From Gemmatimonadota bacterium (lineage in GTDB: Bacteria; Gemmatimonadota; Gemmatimonadetes; Longimicrobiales; Gaopeijiaceae), in assembly GCA_022827345.1 (NCBI GenBank), contig JAJDTB010000015.1:89237-153236 (forward strand): a stretch of 64,000 nucleotides of DNA, given 5' to 3'. Within the stretch, counting starts at the first letter, position 1; every line of letters starts with the position of its first letter. The notes below the pieces were generated by a model. That model worked only from the letters and a program-made list of their open reading frames with translations. It ran no database searches and was not told where the DNA came from. The translations under genes and the position numbers were made by a program. Positions 48,032-57,953 of this stretch are shown piece by piece.

Positions 48032-48055
48032 ATTTTTGGGACTCCCAGCGAGCCG

Positions 48056-50752
48056 CTAGCTGACTGGCCGCGTGCGCCTCCAGTCCTCGGCCCGCATCGA
48101 CACCAGGTTGGCGAACAGGCGGTACGCGCCGGGCACGCCCGCGGGGAACTGCCGGAAGAATGCCAGACCGGTATAGATGTAGAGGCCGTCGCCCACTTCG
48201 GCCACGAGCAGGCTGCCGCGTTTCGGGTCCTCGCCCGGGTCGGCCATCTCCATGACGGGCGTGAAGCGGTCGTCCCACTCTCCCGGGAAGTACAGTCCCC
48301 GTTCCTGCACCCACCCCTCGAAGTCGGCGGGTCCGATGGCGTTCGGCCCCGCGAAGACGGGTGATGCGGGCGCCAGGATCGTGACGGCCGCGTTCTCGTC
48401 GGTCACGCGGTCGTGGGGGCGGCTGATCGACACCGGGTAGGGCGCAAACCCGCCCGCCGAGTACTCGTACCTGTTGTACTGCGTGATCACCGTGCCGCCA
48501 CCGCGCGCGAAATCGAGCAGCGCCTCGTTGATGGCGCGCAGATCGGGCCGCGTCTCGTAGGCGCGGACGCCCAGCACGAGCACGTCGAATTCGGCGAAAT
48601 CGCCGCCCCGGACGCGCTCCTCGTCCAGCTCGGCCACCTCCATGCCCATCTGCCTGAGCGCGGCCGGGCCGTCATCGCCGGATCCCATGACGTAGCCGAC
48701 GCGCAGGTCGGTGTCCGCCGCGACGGGGAAGGCCATGACGCGCACCGCGGCGTCGCGCGCCATCAGCGTCCTCGGGATGTGGGGGTGGTCGATGATGTCG
48801 AACTGTGCGCGGAAGCCGCCGCCCGCGGTGCCCGCCACGGCGCGGAAGAGGTGCGATCCGTCGCCGGCCTCGCCCCGGGGCGTCACCGCGAAGGTGAACG
48901 ACGCGCTCGCGCCGGCCGGTTCCAGCGCGAAGGGGGCGCTCATCGGCTCGACCGCCCAGCCGTCGGGCGCCTCGAGCCGCACCGTGCCCGACCGCGCAGC
49001 CGTCGATGTGTTGGTCAGCACCACGCCGATCTCCCGCACCCCGCCCGCCCCCCTCGGCCACACCATCCCCGGCGGATCCACCTCGACGTTGATCGCCGGC
49101 GCGACCAGGACCGCTTCCCGGTACTCGCCGGTGGCCTGGTCCACCCCCACGTACTCGCCCTCGCGCTCGACGGCCAGCACGACCGCGCCGGCCGACCCGC
49201 CGTCCGGGGCCAGGGTCATGCTCACATCGGCCCGGATGGGCGGTGGATCGAAGGGAAGCGCCCACAGCGCCCCGTCGTCCGGCCACACGTGCATGGCGCC
49301 GTCGCGCGGTGCGTCCAGGTAGTACGGCGCCGAGGTGGACGCGTCGGCCGGCACCGTGACCCGCCAGCTCCAGCGCGCGATCTGCCCGCCCGCGAGGCGA
49401 CCGTCGGCCGACGTCGGGGGCACCGGTGTCCGGAAAAAGGGAGAACGGGACGGCGCCACTGACGACTCCTCCGTGGGCGAGGCCTCCCAACCCGGCGGCA
49501 GCAGCAACCGGGCCGCCACCCCCGACAGGTCGAACCCGCCGCCGTTCCACACGTTGACGTCGACCACGACCGACTCGCCCGGGGTGAGCAGGTCGCGTCC
49601 CACCCGCACCTCGGTCACGACGCCGGCTGCGGCCAGCAGCGCCTCGGAGAGCTGGTCGAGACGGTGCTCCAGCAGCCGCTTGCCGTCGCCGGCCGGAGCG
49701 TCGTCCACGAGGCCGCGCAGGGTCGCGGCCGCATCGGCCAGGCCGGCCACGGCGCCGTCGGGCCGCAGCGCCGAGAGTCCGCGCCCCGCATCGGCCAGGG
49801 CGCCTCGGTAACGCGCAAGTCGCCGCTCGGTATCCGCCGGCCATCCCGCAGGCAAGGGTGTGCCGAGCTGCCCGATGAGCGTGGTGTCGATGCCCGCGAA
49901 GATGCCGTCGTCCTCCAAGCCCTCCACCACCGACGCCGCCAGCTGGAGCGGACTCGACCTCGGGCCCGGGAACTCGCCCGAACCCATGTCCTGGGAGCGG
50001 TGCTGGCTGCGGCTTTCCATGGCCAGCTGGAAGTGCGACCGGCCCAGCAGGGGATCGTAGCCGCCCGTCGGCACGCTCACGGTCGCGTCGCGGGGGAGGA
50101 AGCGCATCGAGGTGTACAGCTTGGACGGCTGCCACGGGGTGACACCCTGCGCGGCCAGTTCGGGATAGCGATCGGCGTCGCCCGCCGCCGTGAAGGCCTC
50201 GTGCGCGGCCCTCCCGGCGAGCTGATGCTGGCCGTGACCGTCGCGGGGGGTGCCCGAAAAGACCGAGACGATCACGTGCGGCCGGAACTTGCGCACCACG
50301 AACACCACGTCGCGCAACACATCCTCAAACGGCCACAGCCCGAGCGCCTCGTCGATGGTCTTCGAGAAGCCGAAGTCGAAGGCGCGGGTGAAGAACTGCT
50401 CCCCGCCGTCGAGGGCGCGGGCCGCCACCAGCTCGCCCGTGCGGATCACGCCAAGCCCCTCGTGCAGCCTCGGCCCGATCAGATTCTGCCCGCCCTCGCC
50501 GCGGCTGAGCGACAGGTAGGCCGTCTCGGCACCCATCCCCCGCGCGAGGGCGGCGAGGAGCGCCGTGTCCTCGTCGTCGGGGTGGGCGGCGATCATCAGC
50601 ACGCGCTTCACGCCGTCCAGCTGGCGCAGGCGCAGTCCGGCGCCCACGACTCCCTGGTCCTGCTGGGCGGCGAGCGTGCTGGAGGTCGGCACACAGGGCC
50701 ACAGGGCCAGTCCGGCTAGCACCGCCGCGGTCGCAATCTTGCCCGGTTTCAT
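48056..50752 (-). CDS. PIG-L/LmbE-family deacetylase fused to a large C-terminal region
   Basis: Start at MKPGKIATAAVLAGLALWP (signal-like). VLMIAAHPDDEDTALLAALA and HGQHQ are present. The long C-terminus ends in a class-I amidotransferase-like segment (VLVLGVRAYE). Confidence 0.8.
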   Translation of the reverse strand: MKPGKIATAAVLAGLALWPCVPTSSTLAAQQDQGVVGAGLRLRQLDGVKRVLMIAAHPDDEDTALLAALARGMGAETAYLSLSRGEGGQNLIGPRLHEGLGVIRTGELVAARALDGGEQFFTRAFDFGFSKTIDEALGLWPFEDVLRDVVFVVRKFRPHVIVSVFSGTPRDGHGQHQLAGRAAHEAFTAAGDADRYPELAAQGVTPWQPSKLYTSMRFLPRDATVSVPTGGYDPLLGRSHFQLAMESRSQHRSQDMGSGEFPGPRSSPLQLAASVVEGLEDDGIFAGIDTTLIGQLGTPLPAGWPADTERRLARYRGALADAGRGLSALRPDGAVAGLADAAATLRGLVDDAPAGDGKRLLEHRLDQLSEALLAAAGVVTEVRVGRDLLTPGESVVVDVNVWNGGGFDLSGVAARLLLPPGWEASPTEESSVAPSRSPFFRTPVPPTSADGRLAGGQIARWSWRVTVPADASTSAPYYLDAPRDGAMHVWPDDGALWALPFDPPPIRADVSMTLAPDGGSAGAVVLAVEREGEYVGVDQATGEYREAVLVAPAINVEVDPPGMVWPRGAGGVREIGVVLTNTSTAARSGTVRLEAPDGWAVEPMSAPFALEPAGASASFTFAVTPRGEAGDGSHLFRAVAGTAGGGFRAQFDIIDHPHIPRTLMARDAAVRVMAFPVAADTDLRVGYVMGSGDDGPAALRQMGMEVAELDEERVRGGDFAEFDVLVLGVRAYETRPDLRAINEALLDFARGGGTVITQYNRYEYSAGGFAPYPVSISRPHDRVTDENAAVTILAPASPVFAGPNAIGPADFEGWVQERGLYFPGEWDDRFTPVMEMADPGEDPKRGSLLVAEVGDGLYIYTGLAFFRQFPAGVPGAYRLFANLVSMRAEDWRRTRPVS

Positions 50753-50774
50753 GGTGGGAAGGTAACTATCCCCG

Positions 50775-51290
50775 ATGGACATCGCCGCCACGCTGCGCAG
50801 CTACGATGGGAAGCGCGTCGCGCCCTTCCGCGCGGTGGCGGAGGCGGTGCGGGACGCGCCGGAGCGCGCGATCGGCCAGCTCGTCGACCTTGCCGCGTCG
50901 GACGAGATGGCGCTTCAAGTGGGCGCAACGTGGGTGCTCAAGCACCTCGCCGAGCGGGGTGCGCCACCGCGCGGTTCCGGTGCGGCGAGGCTCCTGGACC
51001 TGCTGGGTCGGCCGATTGCGCCCGACGCGGCGTTGCACATCCTGCAGACCCTGCCGCACATGCGCATCGAGGCCGGCCAGCGGGGCGCCCTCCGGAAAGC
51101 GCTGGTGGGGCTGATCCGGTCGCGCCGCACCTTCATACGCGCCTGGGCGTACAGCGGACTCGGCATTCTGGCTGCGCACGACCCCACGCTGCGATCCGAC
51201 GTCGAACGCCTGTTCGACGAAGCCATGAAGACCGACTCCGCCGCCGTGAAGGTCCGCATCCGACACGCCCGCGCGGCGATGGCGCGCTAG
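50775..51290 (+). CDS. hypothetical HEAT/ARM-like helical protein
   Basis: 171-aa helical repeat-like sequence, possibly resembling a DNA-alkylation-repair-type repeat. Very tentative. Confidence 0.4.
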   Translation: MDIAATLRSYDGKRVAPFRAVAEAVRDAPERAIGQLVDLAASDEMALQVGATWVLKHLAERGAPPRGSGAARLLDLLGRPIAPDAALHILQTLPHMRIEAGQRGALRKALVGLIRSRRTFIRAWAYSGLGILAAHDPTLRSDVERLFDEAMKTDSAAVKVRIRHARAAMAR

Positions 51291-51318
51291 CGAGCTTCGC
51301 GCCCGCCGCCCGTCGCCG

Positions 51319-52260
51319 TCACCCCCGCGGCCACGCCGAGCCCAGCCCCTCGGGCGCCCGCGACCTGCCGAACCATCCCGCCAGCGCCGCCAGGCTGAGC
51401 ACGTACGGCAGCGCAAGAAAGAGCGGATAGGGCAGATCCGCGTCAACCGCCTGCAGCGCGAACTGCAGCGCCTCCGCGCCCCCGAAGAAGAGCGCCGCCG
51501 CAACCACGCCCTTCGGGTTCCAGCGCCCGAGCACCACGACCGCGATCGCAATGAACCCCTTCCCGGCCGACATGTTCTCGGCGAAGGTCCCCGTGTGCAC
51601 CAGGCTCAGATGCGCGCCCGCCAGCCCCGCCGTCAGCCCCGCGAAGACGACCGCCAGCATGCGCGTCCGCACCACCGGCACCCCCGCCGAATTTGCCGCT
51701 TCCGGCGACTCGCCGACCGCCCGCAGCGACAGCCCCCGGCGCGTGCGGAAGAGGAACCAGCCCAGCACCGGCACCAGCAGATACGCCAGGTACGCCGTCA
51801 CCGCCTGATCGAAGAACGCCGGCCCGATCACCGGGATTTGCGCCAGCAGGGGCACCTCCCACGCCGGCACCGTCGGCAGCTCCAGCGCCAGCCCGGTCGC
51901 CCCGAACCGGCTCTGGAAGACCGCCCCCGTGAATCCCAGGCTGCCGATCGTCACCGCCGTCCCCGTGATGATCTGGTCGGTATTCAGCCACACCGCGAAC
52001 GCCGCGAAGACGAGCGCCGCCATCCCTCCCGCGAGCGCCCCGGCCGCCAATCCCCCGTACGGCCCCAACGCGAGCGCACCGAGCGCCCCCCCGAGCGCGC
52101 CCCAGATCACCGAACCCTCGAGCCCGATGTTGATCACGCCCGCCCGCTCCGAGACCGTTTCCCCGAGAGCGGCCAGCGCCAGCGGCACCGCCAGTCCCAC
52201 GGCAGCGACGAGGAAGGAGGAGAGGGCGCCGAATTCAGCCACGGGAACCTCGGCCGGCAA
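51319..52260 (-). CDS. ABC transporter permease (BMP/nucleoside-type importer)
   Basis: Multi-TM protein with the EGSVIWGALGG and GKGFIAIAVVVLGRWNP motifs typical of this family. Alternative GTG start at 52242. Confidence 0.8.
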   Translation of the reverse strand: MPAEVPVAEFGALSSFLVAAVGLAVPLALAALGETVSERAGVINIGLEGSVIWGALGGALGALALGPYGGLAAGALAGGMAALVFAAFAVWLNTDQIITGTAVTIGSLGFTGAVFQSRFGATGLALELPTVPAWEVPLLAQIPVIGPAFFDQAVTAYLAYLLVPVLGWFLFRTRRGLSLRAVGESPEAANSAGVPVVRTRMLAVVFAGLTAGLAGAHLSLVHTGTFAENMSAGKGFIAIAVVVLGRWNPKGVVAAALFFGGAEALQFALQAVDADLPYPLFLALPYVLSLAALAGWFGRSRAPEGLGSAWPRG

Positions 52261-53284
52261 GCGCCTGCCAGCTTCTGTCTACGGTGAGCACGGCGAGGAT
52301 GACCAGCGCCTCGATCCCCCGGACCCATACCTCCGGCACACCCGCGTCGCGCTGCATCGCCCCGCCTCCCGCGCTCAGTGCCCCGAACACGATCGCCGTC
52401 ACCACCACGGCCAGCGGGTTGAGGCGCGCCAGCAGCGCCACGGCGATCGCGGTGTAGCCCCACCCCGGCGACAGCCCCTCGTACATGCGGTGCGTGACGC
52501 CCGCCACCTGCACCCCGCCCGCGAGCCCCGCGACCGCGCCGGACGCGAGGAACGCCAGCCAGACCACGGGCTGCGCGCGGAACCGCCCGCTCACTTCCGC
52601 CGCCCGGGGAGACGCCCCGACGGCGCGCAGCCGGAACCCGCCGGGGGTCCGCGTCAGATAGAGCCAGAGCGCGACCGCGATCAGGAGCCCGACGAGGAAT
52701 CCCAGGTGCAGGCGCGTTCCGGGTATCAGGTCGGGGAGGTGTGCCGCCGGCGGGATCTCGTCGGTCTGATTGAAGACGCCGCGGGACTCGCGCAGCGGGC
52801 CCTGCACCAGGAACTGGGCCATGAAGAGGGCCACGAAGTTCATGAGCAGGGTGGTGATCACCTCGCCCACGCCCATCCCGGTCTTCATCGCCGCGGGGCC
52901 CGACGCCCACAGCGCACCGGCCGCGGCGGCGGCAAGGAGGGCGGCGGGGATGACGAGAAGGCCGGGGGCGCCGGGGAGCGCCACCGCGACGGCCACGGCG
53001 GCGAGCGCGCCCGCGTGCAGCTGTCCCTCCGCGCCGATGTTCCAGACGCGCGCCTTGAAGGCGAGGGCGACGGCCAGGCCGGTGAGGAGCAGGGGGGTGG
53101 CCCGCACCAGCGTGAACGAGACGAAGCGGTCCCATGTGCCGAAGGCGCCCCGGAAGAGGGCGGCGAAGGCGTCGCCGGGCGGATAGCCGCCGAGCGCGAG
53201 GAGGGCGGCCGCGACGGCCAGGGTGGCCAGCAGCGCGGTAGCGGCGGTCAGCGCCGGGGTGAGCGCGTGGCTGCGGGTGCTCAC
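52235..53284 (-). CDS. ABC transporter permease (BMP/nucleoside-type importer)
   Basis: The GTG start shares a GTGA overlap with the ATPase stop. Contains VWNIGAEGQLHAGAL and GWGYTAIAVALLARLNP. Confidence 0.8.
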   Translation of the reverse strand: MSTRSHALTPALTAATALLATLAVAAALLALGGYPPGDAFAALFRGAFGTWDRFVSFTLVRATPLLLTGLAVALAFKARVWNIGAEGQLHAGALAAVAVAVALPGAPGLLVIPAALLAAAAAGALWASGPAAMKTGMGVGEVITTLLMNFVALFMAQFLVQGPLRESRGVFNQTDEIPPAAHLPDLIPGTRLHLGFLVGLLIAVALWLYLTRTPGGFRLRAVGASPRAAEVSGRFRAQPVVWLAFLASGAVAGLAGGVQVAGVTHRMYEGLSPGWGYTAIAVALLARLNPLAVVVTAIVFGALSAGGGAMQRDAGVPEVWVRGIEALVILAVLTVDRSWQALAGRGSRG

Positions 53285-54894
53285 GGGGCGGCGTCTCCGC
53301 GCGCGCTCAGCATCCGTTCGCCGATCGCGGTGGGGTTGTGGTCCTCGCGCGGCACCGGGATCAGCCGGCCCCGCACCATCACCGCGATCCGGTCGGACAG
53401 CTCCAGGATCTCGTCGAGATCGGCCGAGATCAGCACCACGCCGGGCGGGCGCTCCCCGCTCCTCGCGAGTGCGGCGATCCGGGCGCGGACCGCAATGGTC
53501 GCCTTCACGTCCAGGCCGCGCGTCGGCGACTCGGCCACGAGCAGATTGCCGCTCCGCAGGAACTCCCGCCCCGTGACCACCTTCTGCTGGTTGCCCCCCG
53601 ACAGGACGCCCGCGGGCGTGGCGGGGGAATCCGCGCGCACGTCCATATCGCGCACGAGCGCCGCCGCCGTCTCTCCCACGCTCGCCCAATCCAGCCACGG
53701 CCCCTGCCGGTAGTCGTCACTGCCGTGCACCGCCAGCGCGACGTTCTCGGAGATTGTGAACTCGTTCACAAGCCCCTCTTCGCTGCGGTCCTGGGGGATC
53801 CAGCCCACCTCTTCGGGCAGTTGGACCTCCCCCGAATCCGGGCGCCGCATCCCCGCGAGCACCGCGGCGAGGGTGCGCTGGCCATTTCCCCCCACACCGG
53901 CGATGCCGAGGATCTCGCCCCGCCGCACCTCCATGCTTACGCCGCGGAGCGGGATGGGGCCTCCGGTCGACACCGTGACCGCCCGAAGCCTGGCCACCTC
54001 GACATCATCACCCGCCCGCGGTTCCGGCGCTTGTTCGGCGCCCGCCGCCCCCACCTTCGGCGCGTCTTCGCCAACCATCCCGCCCGACTTCGGCACGTCT
54101 TCGCCGCCCCCACCCACCGTCCCCGGGCCACCAGCATCCCCACCCCCCACCCCCCCGCCCCCCCCATCCACCCCCGCCCCCACCATCGCCTCCGCCAACT
54201 CCCGCGCCGAGACCCCCGCGGCCTCCCCCGTCAGCACCCACCGCCCCCTCCGCAGCACCGTCACGCGGTCGGCCGCGGCCAGCACCTCGTCCAGCTTGTG
54301 CGCCACCAGGACGATCCCCGCCCCGGCGCGCGCCACCTGCCGCAGCACGGCGAAGAGCCCCTCCACCTCCTGCGGCGCCAGCACGGCCGTCGGCTCGTCC
54401 AGCAACAACACCCGCGTCTCCCCCATGAGCGCCTTCAGGATCTCCACCCGCTGGCGCTCCACCACCCCCATCCTCCCGACCGGCACGTCCAGCTGCACCT
54501 CCAGGCCGAGCTCCTCCGCGCGCGCCTCGACCCGTTCCCGGTACCCGGGGCTGCCCATCCCCCGGCGCGTCCACGCTGCCGCGTCGAAAAGCGCGACGTT
54601 CTCGAACCCGGTGAAGCGCGGCACGAGCGAGAAGTGCTGGTGCACCATCGAGACGCCGAGCGCGCGCGCCCCGCCCACGCCACCTGCACCTAGCGGCTCC
54701 CCGCCGATCTCCACCTGGCCCGCATCCGGCGCCAGGATCCCGGCCGCCACGCGCGCCAGCGTCGTCTTCCCGGCCCCGTTTTCGCCGAGCAGCCCGTGGA
54801 TCTCTCCCGGCGCGAGCGCGAAGTCGACCTCGTCGAGCGCGGTGACCGGCCCGAACCGGCGCGTCACGCCCGAGAGCCGCAGGGCGCCGGCCAC
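53281..54894 (-). CDS. ABC transporter ATP-binding protein with duplicated ATPase domains and a Gly-rich inter-domain insertion
   Basis: Domain 1 has GLLGENGAGKTTL, then LLLDEPT. Domain 2 has GIAGVGGNGQ, LSGGNQQK and LLVAESPTRGLD. The GTG start is assigned at 54894. Confidence 0.85.
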   Translation of the reverse strand: MAGALRLSGVTRRFGPVTALDEVDFALAPGEIHGLLGENGAGKTTLARVAAGILAPDAGQVEIGGEPLGAGGVGGARALGVSMVHQHFSLVPRFTGFENVALFDAAAWTRRGMGSPGYRERVEARAEELGLEVQLDVPVGRMGVVERQRVEILKALMGETRVLLLDEPTAVLAPQEVEGLFAVLRQVARAGAGIVLVAHKLDEVLAAADRVTVLRRGRWVLTGEAAGVSARELAEAMVGAGVDGGGGGVGGGDAGGPGTVGGGGEDVPKSGGMVGEDAPKVGAAGAEQAPEPRAGDDVEVARLRAVTVSTGGPIPLRGVSMEVRRGEILGIAGVGGNGQRTLAAVLAGMRRPDSGEVQLPEEVGWIPQDRSEEGLVNEFTISENVALAVHGSDDYRQGPWLDWASVGETAAALVRDMDVRADSPATPAGVLSGGNQQKVVTGREFLRSGNLLVAESPTRGLDVKATIAVRARIAALARSGERPPGVVLISADLDEILELSDRIAVMVRGRLIPVPREDHNPTAIGERMLSARGDAAP

Positions 54895-54917
54895 CGTCCG
54901 TATGCGGCCCCCGTCCG

Positions 54918-55976
54918 TCAGGACGAAGACGGCTCCTCCGCCGGGGGCTCGAGAAAGTCGATCTTCGGGACCTCCAGCGCGCCCGCGATGATGGCCGCCC
55001 GCGCCTCGTCGATCCGGGCGAGCGCGCCGACCGGGATGACCCCCTCCCGGGCCGGGTTGGGGACGAAGTCGACCGAACCGCCGCCGAGCCCCGTGATGGT
55101 GGGTCCGGAGAGCGAGCCCGCCTGCCAGGCGAGCGCCGTGCGCAGGAAGATCGTGGGGATGTTGATCACCGCGCTGCCGACGATGACGTCGGGGGCGACG
55201 TCGTTCTGGTCGCGGTTCATCCCGAAGGCCCAGGCCTCGCTGCCGCCTTCGCGGGCTTCGCGCACGGCCTGGAAGAAGCCGAAGCTTGCCGCGTCGACAT
55301 TGTGGATGAGGGCGTCGGCACCCTGCCGCAACTGGGCGGCGGCCGCTTCCTTCGCGGCCGAGACATCGTCCCAGCTGCCGATGAACGTCTCGAGCACGAC
55401 CGCATCCGGCATCACCGCCTTCACCCCCGCCTCGAAAGCGATGAACGTGCCCTTGGCGCTCGGGATCTCGACGCCGCCCACCATCCCCACGGTCCCGGAC
55501 TGCGTGACGGAGCCGGCCGCCATCCCGGCGAGGTAGGACGCTTCGTGAAGCCCGAAGATGATCGGGACGACGTTCGCGGACGACCGCGACCCCGACGAGA
55601 CCACGAAGGTGACGTCGGGGTACATCTCGCCGGCGCGGCTCGCGGCGTCCTGGTACTCGAAGCCGTGGCCGAAGATCAGCCCGTAGCCGGACTCGGCGTA
55701 CGAAATGAAGGCCTCGTCGAACTCGGCGGGGGTGCGGGTCTGCTGGTGCGAGACGCGGAAGCCCAGCGAGTCGCCGATCAGCTGCAGGCCTTCGTAGGCC
55801 CCCGCGTACCAGCCGGCGTCGCTTACGGGGCCGGCTGTGAGGAGGGCGACGGCGGGCCGGCCGGTGTCGGCAGCCGGGTCGGCGCCGCAGGCCGCAGCCG
55901 CGATCGAAAGGGAAAGCGCGGTCGTGCGCAAAAATCCGCGGCCGGAATCCATCGTCGCCGAGAAGGGATCTTTCAT
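54918..55976 (-). CDS. BMP-family (Med/PnrA-like) ABC substrate-binding lipoprotein
   Basis: Lipobox LSIAAAACG. Contains VALLTAGPVSDAGWYAGAYEG. Confidence 0.85.
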   Translation of the reverse strand: MKDPFSATMDSGRGFLRTTALSLSIAAAACGADPAADTGRPAVALLTAGPVSDAGWYAGAYEGLQLIGDSLGFRVSHQQTRTPAEFDEAFISYAESGYGLIFGHGFEYQDAASRAGEMYPDVTFVVSSGSRSSANVVPIIFGLHEASYLAGMAAGSVTQSGTVGMVGGVEIPSAKGTFIAFEAGVKAVMPDAVVLETFIGSWDDVSAAKEAAAAQLRQGADALIHNVDAASFGFFQAVREAREGGSEAWAFGMNRDQNDVAPDVIVGSAVINIPTIFLRTALAWQAGSLSGPTITGLGGGSVDFVPNPAREGVIPVGALARIDEARAAIIAGALEVPKIDFLEPPAEEPSSS

Positions 55977-56078
55977 GGAAATGCCGGGTCTTTGTCTGCT
56001 CTGGTGGCCCGTCGAAGTGGGACAGTACAATATATGCGTGATCCCGCACACCGTTCCGACCCCGACCGGAAAGCCCTA

Positions 56079-57485
56079 ATGAGCCAATCCCGCGACCATT
56101 GGAGTTCCAACGCAGGCCTCGTACTCGCCGCCACCGGCAGCGCGATCGGCCTCGGCAACCTCTGGAAGTTCCCGTTCATCACCTGGGAGAACGACGGAGG
56201 CGCCTTCGTTCTGGTCTACCTGATCTGCATTGCGGCGGTCGGACTGCCGATCATGATGGCCGAGCTGCTGATCGGGCGGCGCAGCCAGAAGAGCGCGGTG
56301 GGGGCGTTAAAGGACGCGGTTGCGTCGAAATGGCCGGCCGGCCGGAAGCTCGGCGGGCTGGTGGGGGGATGGGGCGTGCTGGCCGGCTTCATCCTGCTCA
56401 GCTACTACACGGTCATCGCGGGCTGGTCGCTCTACTACTTCGCACAGTCGGTCGGGTGGACCTTAGGCGGCTTCCCGGCGGATCTATCGCCAGGCGAACT
56501 CTTCGATGCGCAGGTAGGCAACGCGGGCCTGCAGCTGGCACTCTCCCTGAGCTTCAGCATCGGGACGATCGCGGTCGTCTACTTCGGGGTGAGCAAGGGG
56601 ATCGAACGGATCGCGCGGATCTTCCTGCCGATCCTCTTCGGGATCCTGCTGCTCATGCTCTTCAGCGCGCTCAGCATGAGCGGAGCGGGCGAGGCGCTCG
56701 CCTTCATCTTCCGGCCCAACTTCGCCGACCTGGGGCGCGACGCGGTCCTTGAGGCGCTCGGGCACTCCTTCTTCACCCTCTCGCTCGGCATGGGGGCGAT
56801 GATCACCTACGGGTCGTACATCTCCCGCAAGCACTCGGTGGTGAAGGCTTCGGGGGCGATCGTGGCGCTCGACACCATCATCGCGCTGGTCGCCACCGTG
56901 ATCATGTTCTCGGTGATCTTCTCGGTCGCCGGCATGCGCGACGAGGTGGGCGGCTCGACGGTCGGCATGCTCTTCATCTCGCTGCCCGAGCTGTTCTACA
57001 CCGAGGTGCCCTTCGGCGTCGTGCTGGGGCCGCTCTTCTACGTGCTGGTGGCGCTCGCCGCGCTGACCTCGACGATCTCGCTCCTCGAGGTGGTGTCGGC
57101 CTACCTGATCGACGAGCGCGGTCTGACGCGCCACAAGGCGACGATCGGGGCGGGCGCGGCGATCTTCGTGTTCACCATCTTCGCCGCGCTGTCGTTCACG
57201 GGAACGCCGATCCTGTCGACCATGGAGGTCTTCGAAGGCAAGGCCGGCTGGTTCTCCACCGCCGATCACTTCGTCTCGAACTGGATGCTGCCGACGGGCG
57301 GGTTCTTCATCACCCTCGCGGCGGGCTGGTTCATGACCCGCGACGCGACGAAGAGCGAGCTGGTGGACGGCACCGAACCAGGCTGGTTCAAGTACGGCGC
57401 GTGGCGCTTCTTCATCCGCTGGGTGGCGCCGATCGCGGTGGCGGCGATCATCTACTTCGTGATCCTGGGGGTGGACTTCAGTTAG
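56079..57485 (+). CDS. sodium-dependent transporter, SNF (neurotransmitter:sodium symporter) family
   Basis: WSSNAGLVLAATGSAIGLGNLWKFPFITWENDGGAFVLVYL is the NSS signature. Confidence 0.92.
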   Translation: MSQSRDHWSSNAGLVLAATGSAIGLGNLWKFPFITWENDGGAFVLVYLICIAAVGLPIMMAELLIGRRSQKSAVGALKDAVASKWPAGRKLGGLVGGWGVLAGFILLSYYTVIAGWSLYYFAQSVGWTLGGFPADLSPGELFDAQVGNAGLQLALSLSFSIGTIAVVYFGVSKGIERIARIFLPILFGILLLMLFSALSMSGAGEALAFIFRPNFADLGRDAVLEALGHSFFTLSLGMGAMITYGSYISRKHSVVKASGAIVALDTIIALVATVIMFSVIFSVAGMRDEVGGSTVGMLFISLPELFYTEVPFGVVLGPLFYVLVALAALTSTISLLEVVSAYLIDERGLTRHKATIGAGAAIFVFTIFAALSFTGTPILSTMEVFEGKAGWFSTADHFVSNWMLPTGGFFITLAAGWFMTRDATKSELVDGTEPGWFKYGAWRFFIRWVAPIAVAAIIYFVILGVDFS

Positions 57486-57937
57486 GCCGAACCCGATCTG
57501 GCGGACATCCCGGTTTCCCCAAGCAGCTTTTTCACCAGGCCGTGACAAAGGACATCGACGGTTGATGCAAGCCGAAGGGTGGGGAAGCGGTCGGCGCAGA
57601 TCCTTCTTGCCTTGCGTTCGTCGATCAGCGCGATGGCGCCTCGCCCGACGGCATAGGCGATCGTTGCGGCCTCGCCGTCGTCCAGGGTCTCCTTGAATCC
57701 TCCTTCGACCAGCGACCGATAGACGGGGCCGTCGCCCGGCTCCATCTCCACCAGCTCAATCGAACCATCGTGGATCAGCGCTTCGAGTCCCTCCCAGGAT
57801 CCGTGTCCACGGGATCCCCCCGTCAACAGCTCGCGGCGCACGGTTTTCGTCACCAGAAAGCGGTTCGGGAAACAACCGATGATGGCGGCCGCCGTCCGTG
57901 TCGCGTTGAGGTTGATGATTACGCTGGCATCGGTCAC
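57482..57937 (-). CDS. PIN-like domain protein (putative toxin/RNase partner of the Xre-ImmA protein)
   Basis: GTG start giving (M)TDASVIINLNAT... with acidic positions in DASV, LDDGEAATIAYA and LIDERKARR, consistent with a PIN-like fold. Starts 16 nt downstream of the Xre-ImmA gene. Confidence 0.55.
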   Translation of the reverse strand: MTDASVIINLNATRTAAAIIGCFPNRFLVTKTVRRELLTGGSRGHGSWEGLEALIHDGSIELVEMEPGDGPVYRSLVEGGFKETLDDGEAATIAYAVGRGAIALIDERKARRICADRFPTLRLASTVDVLCHGLVKKLLGETGMSARSGSA

Positions 57938-57953
57938 GACCGGGACGCCCGGT

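Noticed and set aside
53338-54991. 451-aa and 411-aa plus-strand ORFs over the ABC ATPase
   Set aside because: P/R/H-rich shadow frames of a gene with two clear Walker A/signature/Walker B sets.
56022-56040. Possible sixth palindrome copy (ACAGTACAATATATGCGTG) in the BMP/SNF divergent spacer
   Set aside because: Only the left half resembles the motif, and the right half matches 3/9. It may simply be a TACAAT -10 element for the SNF gene.
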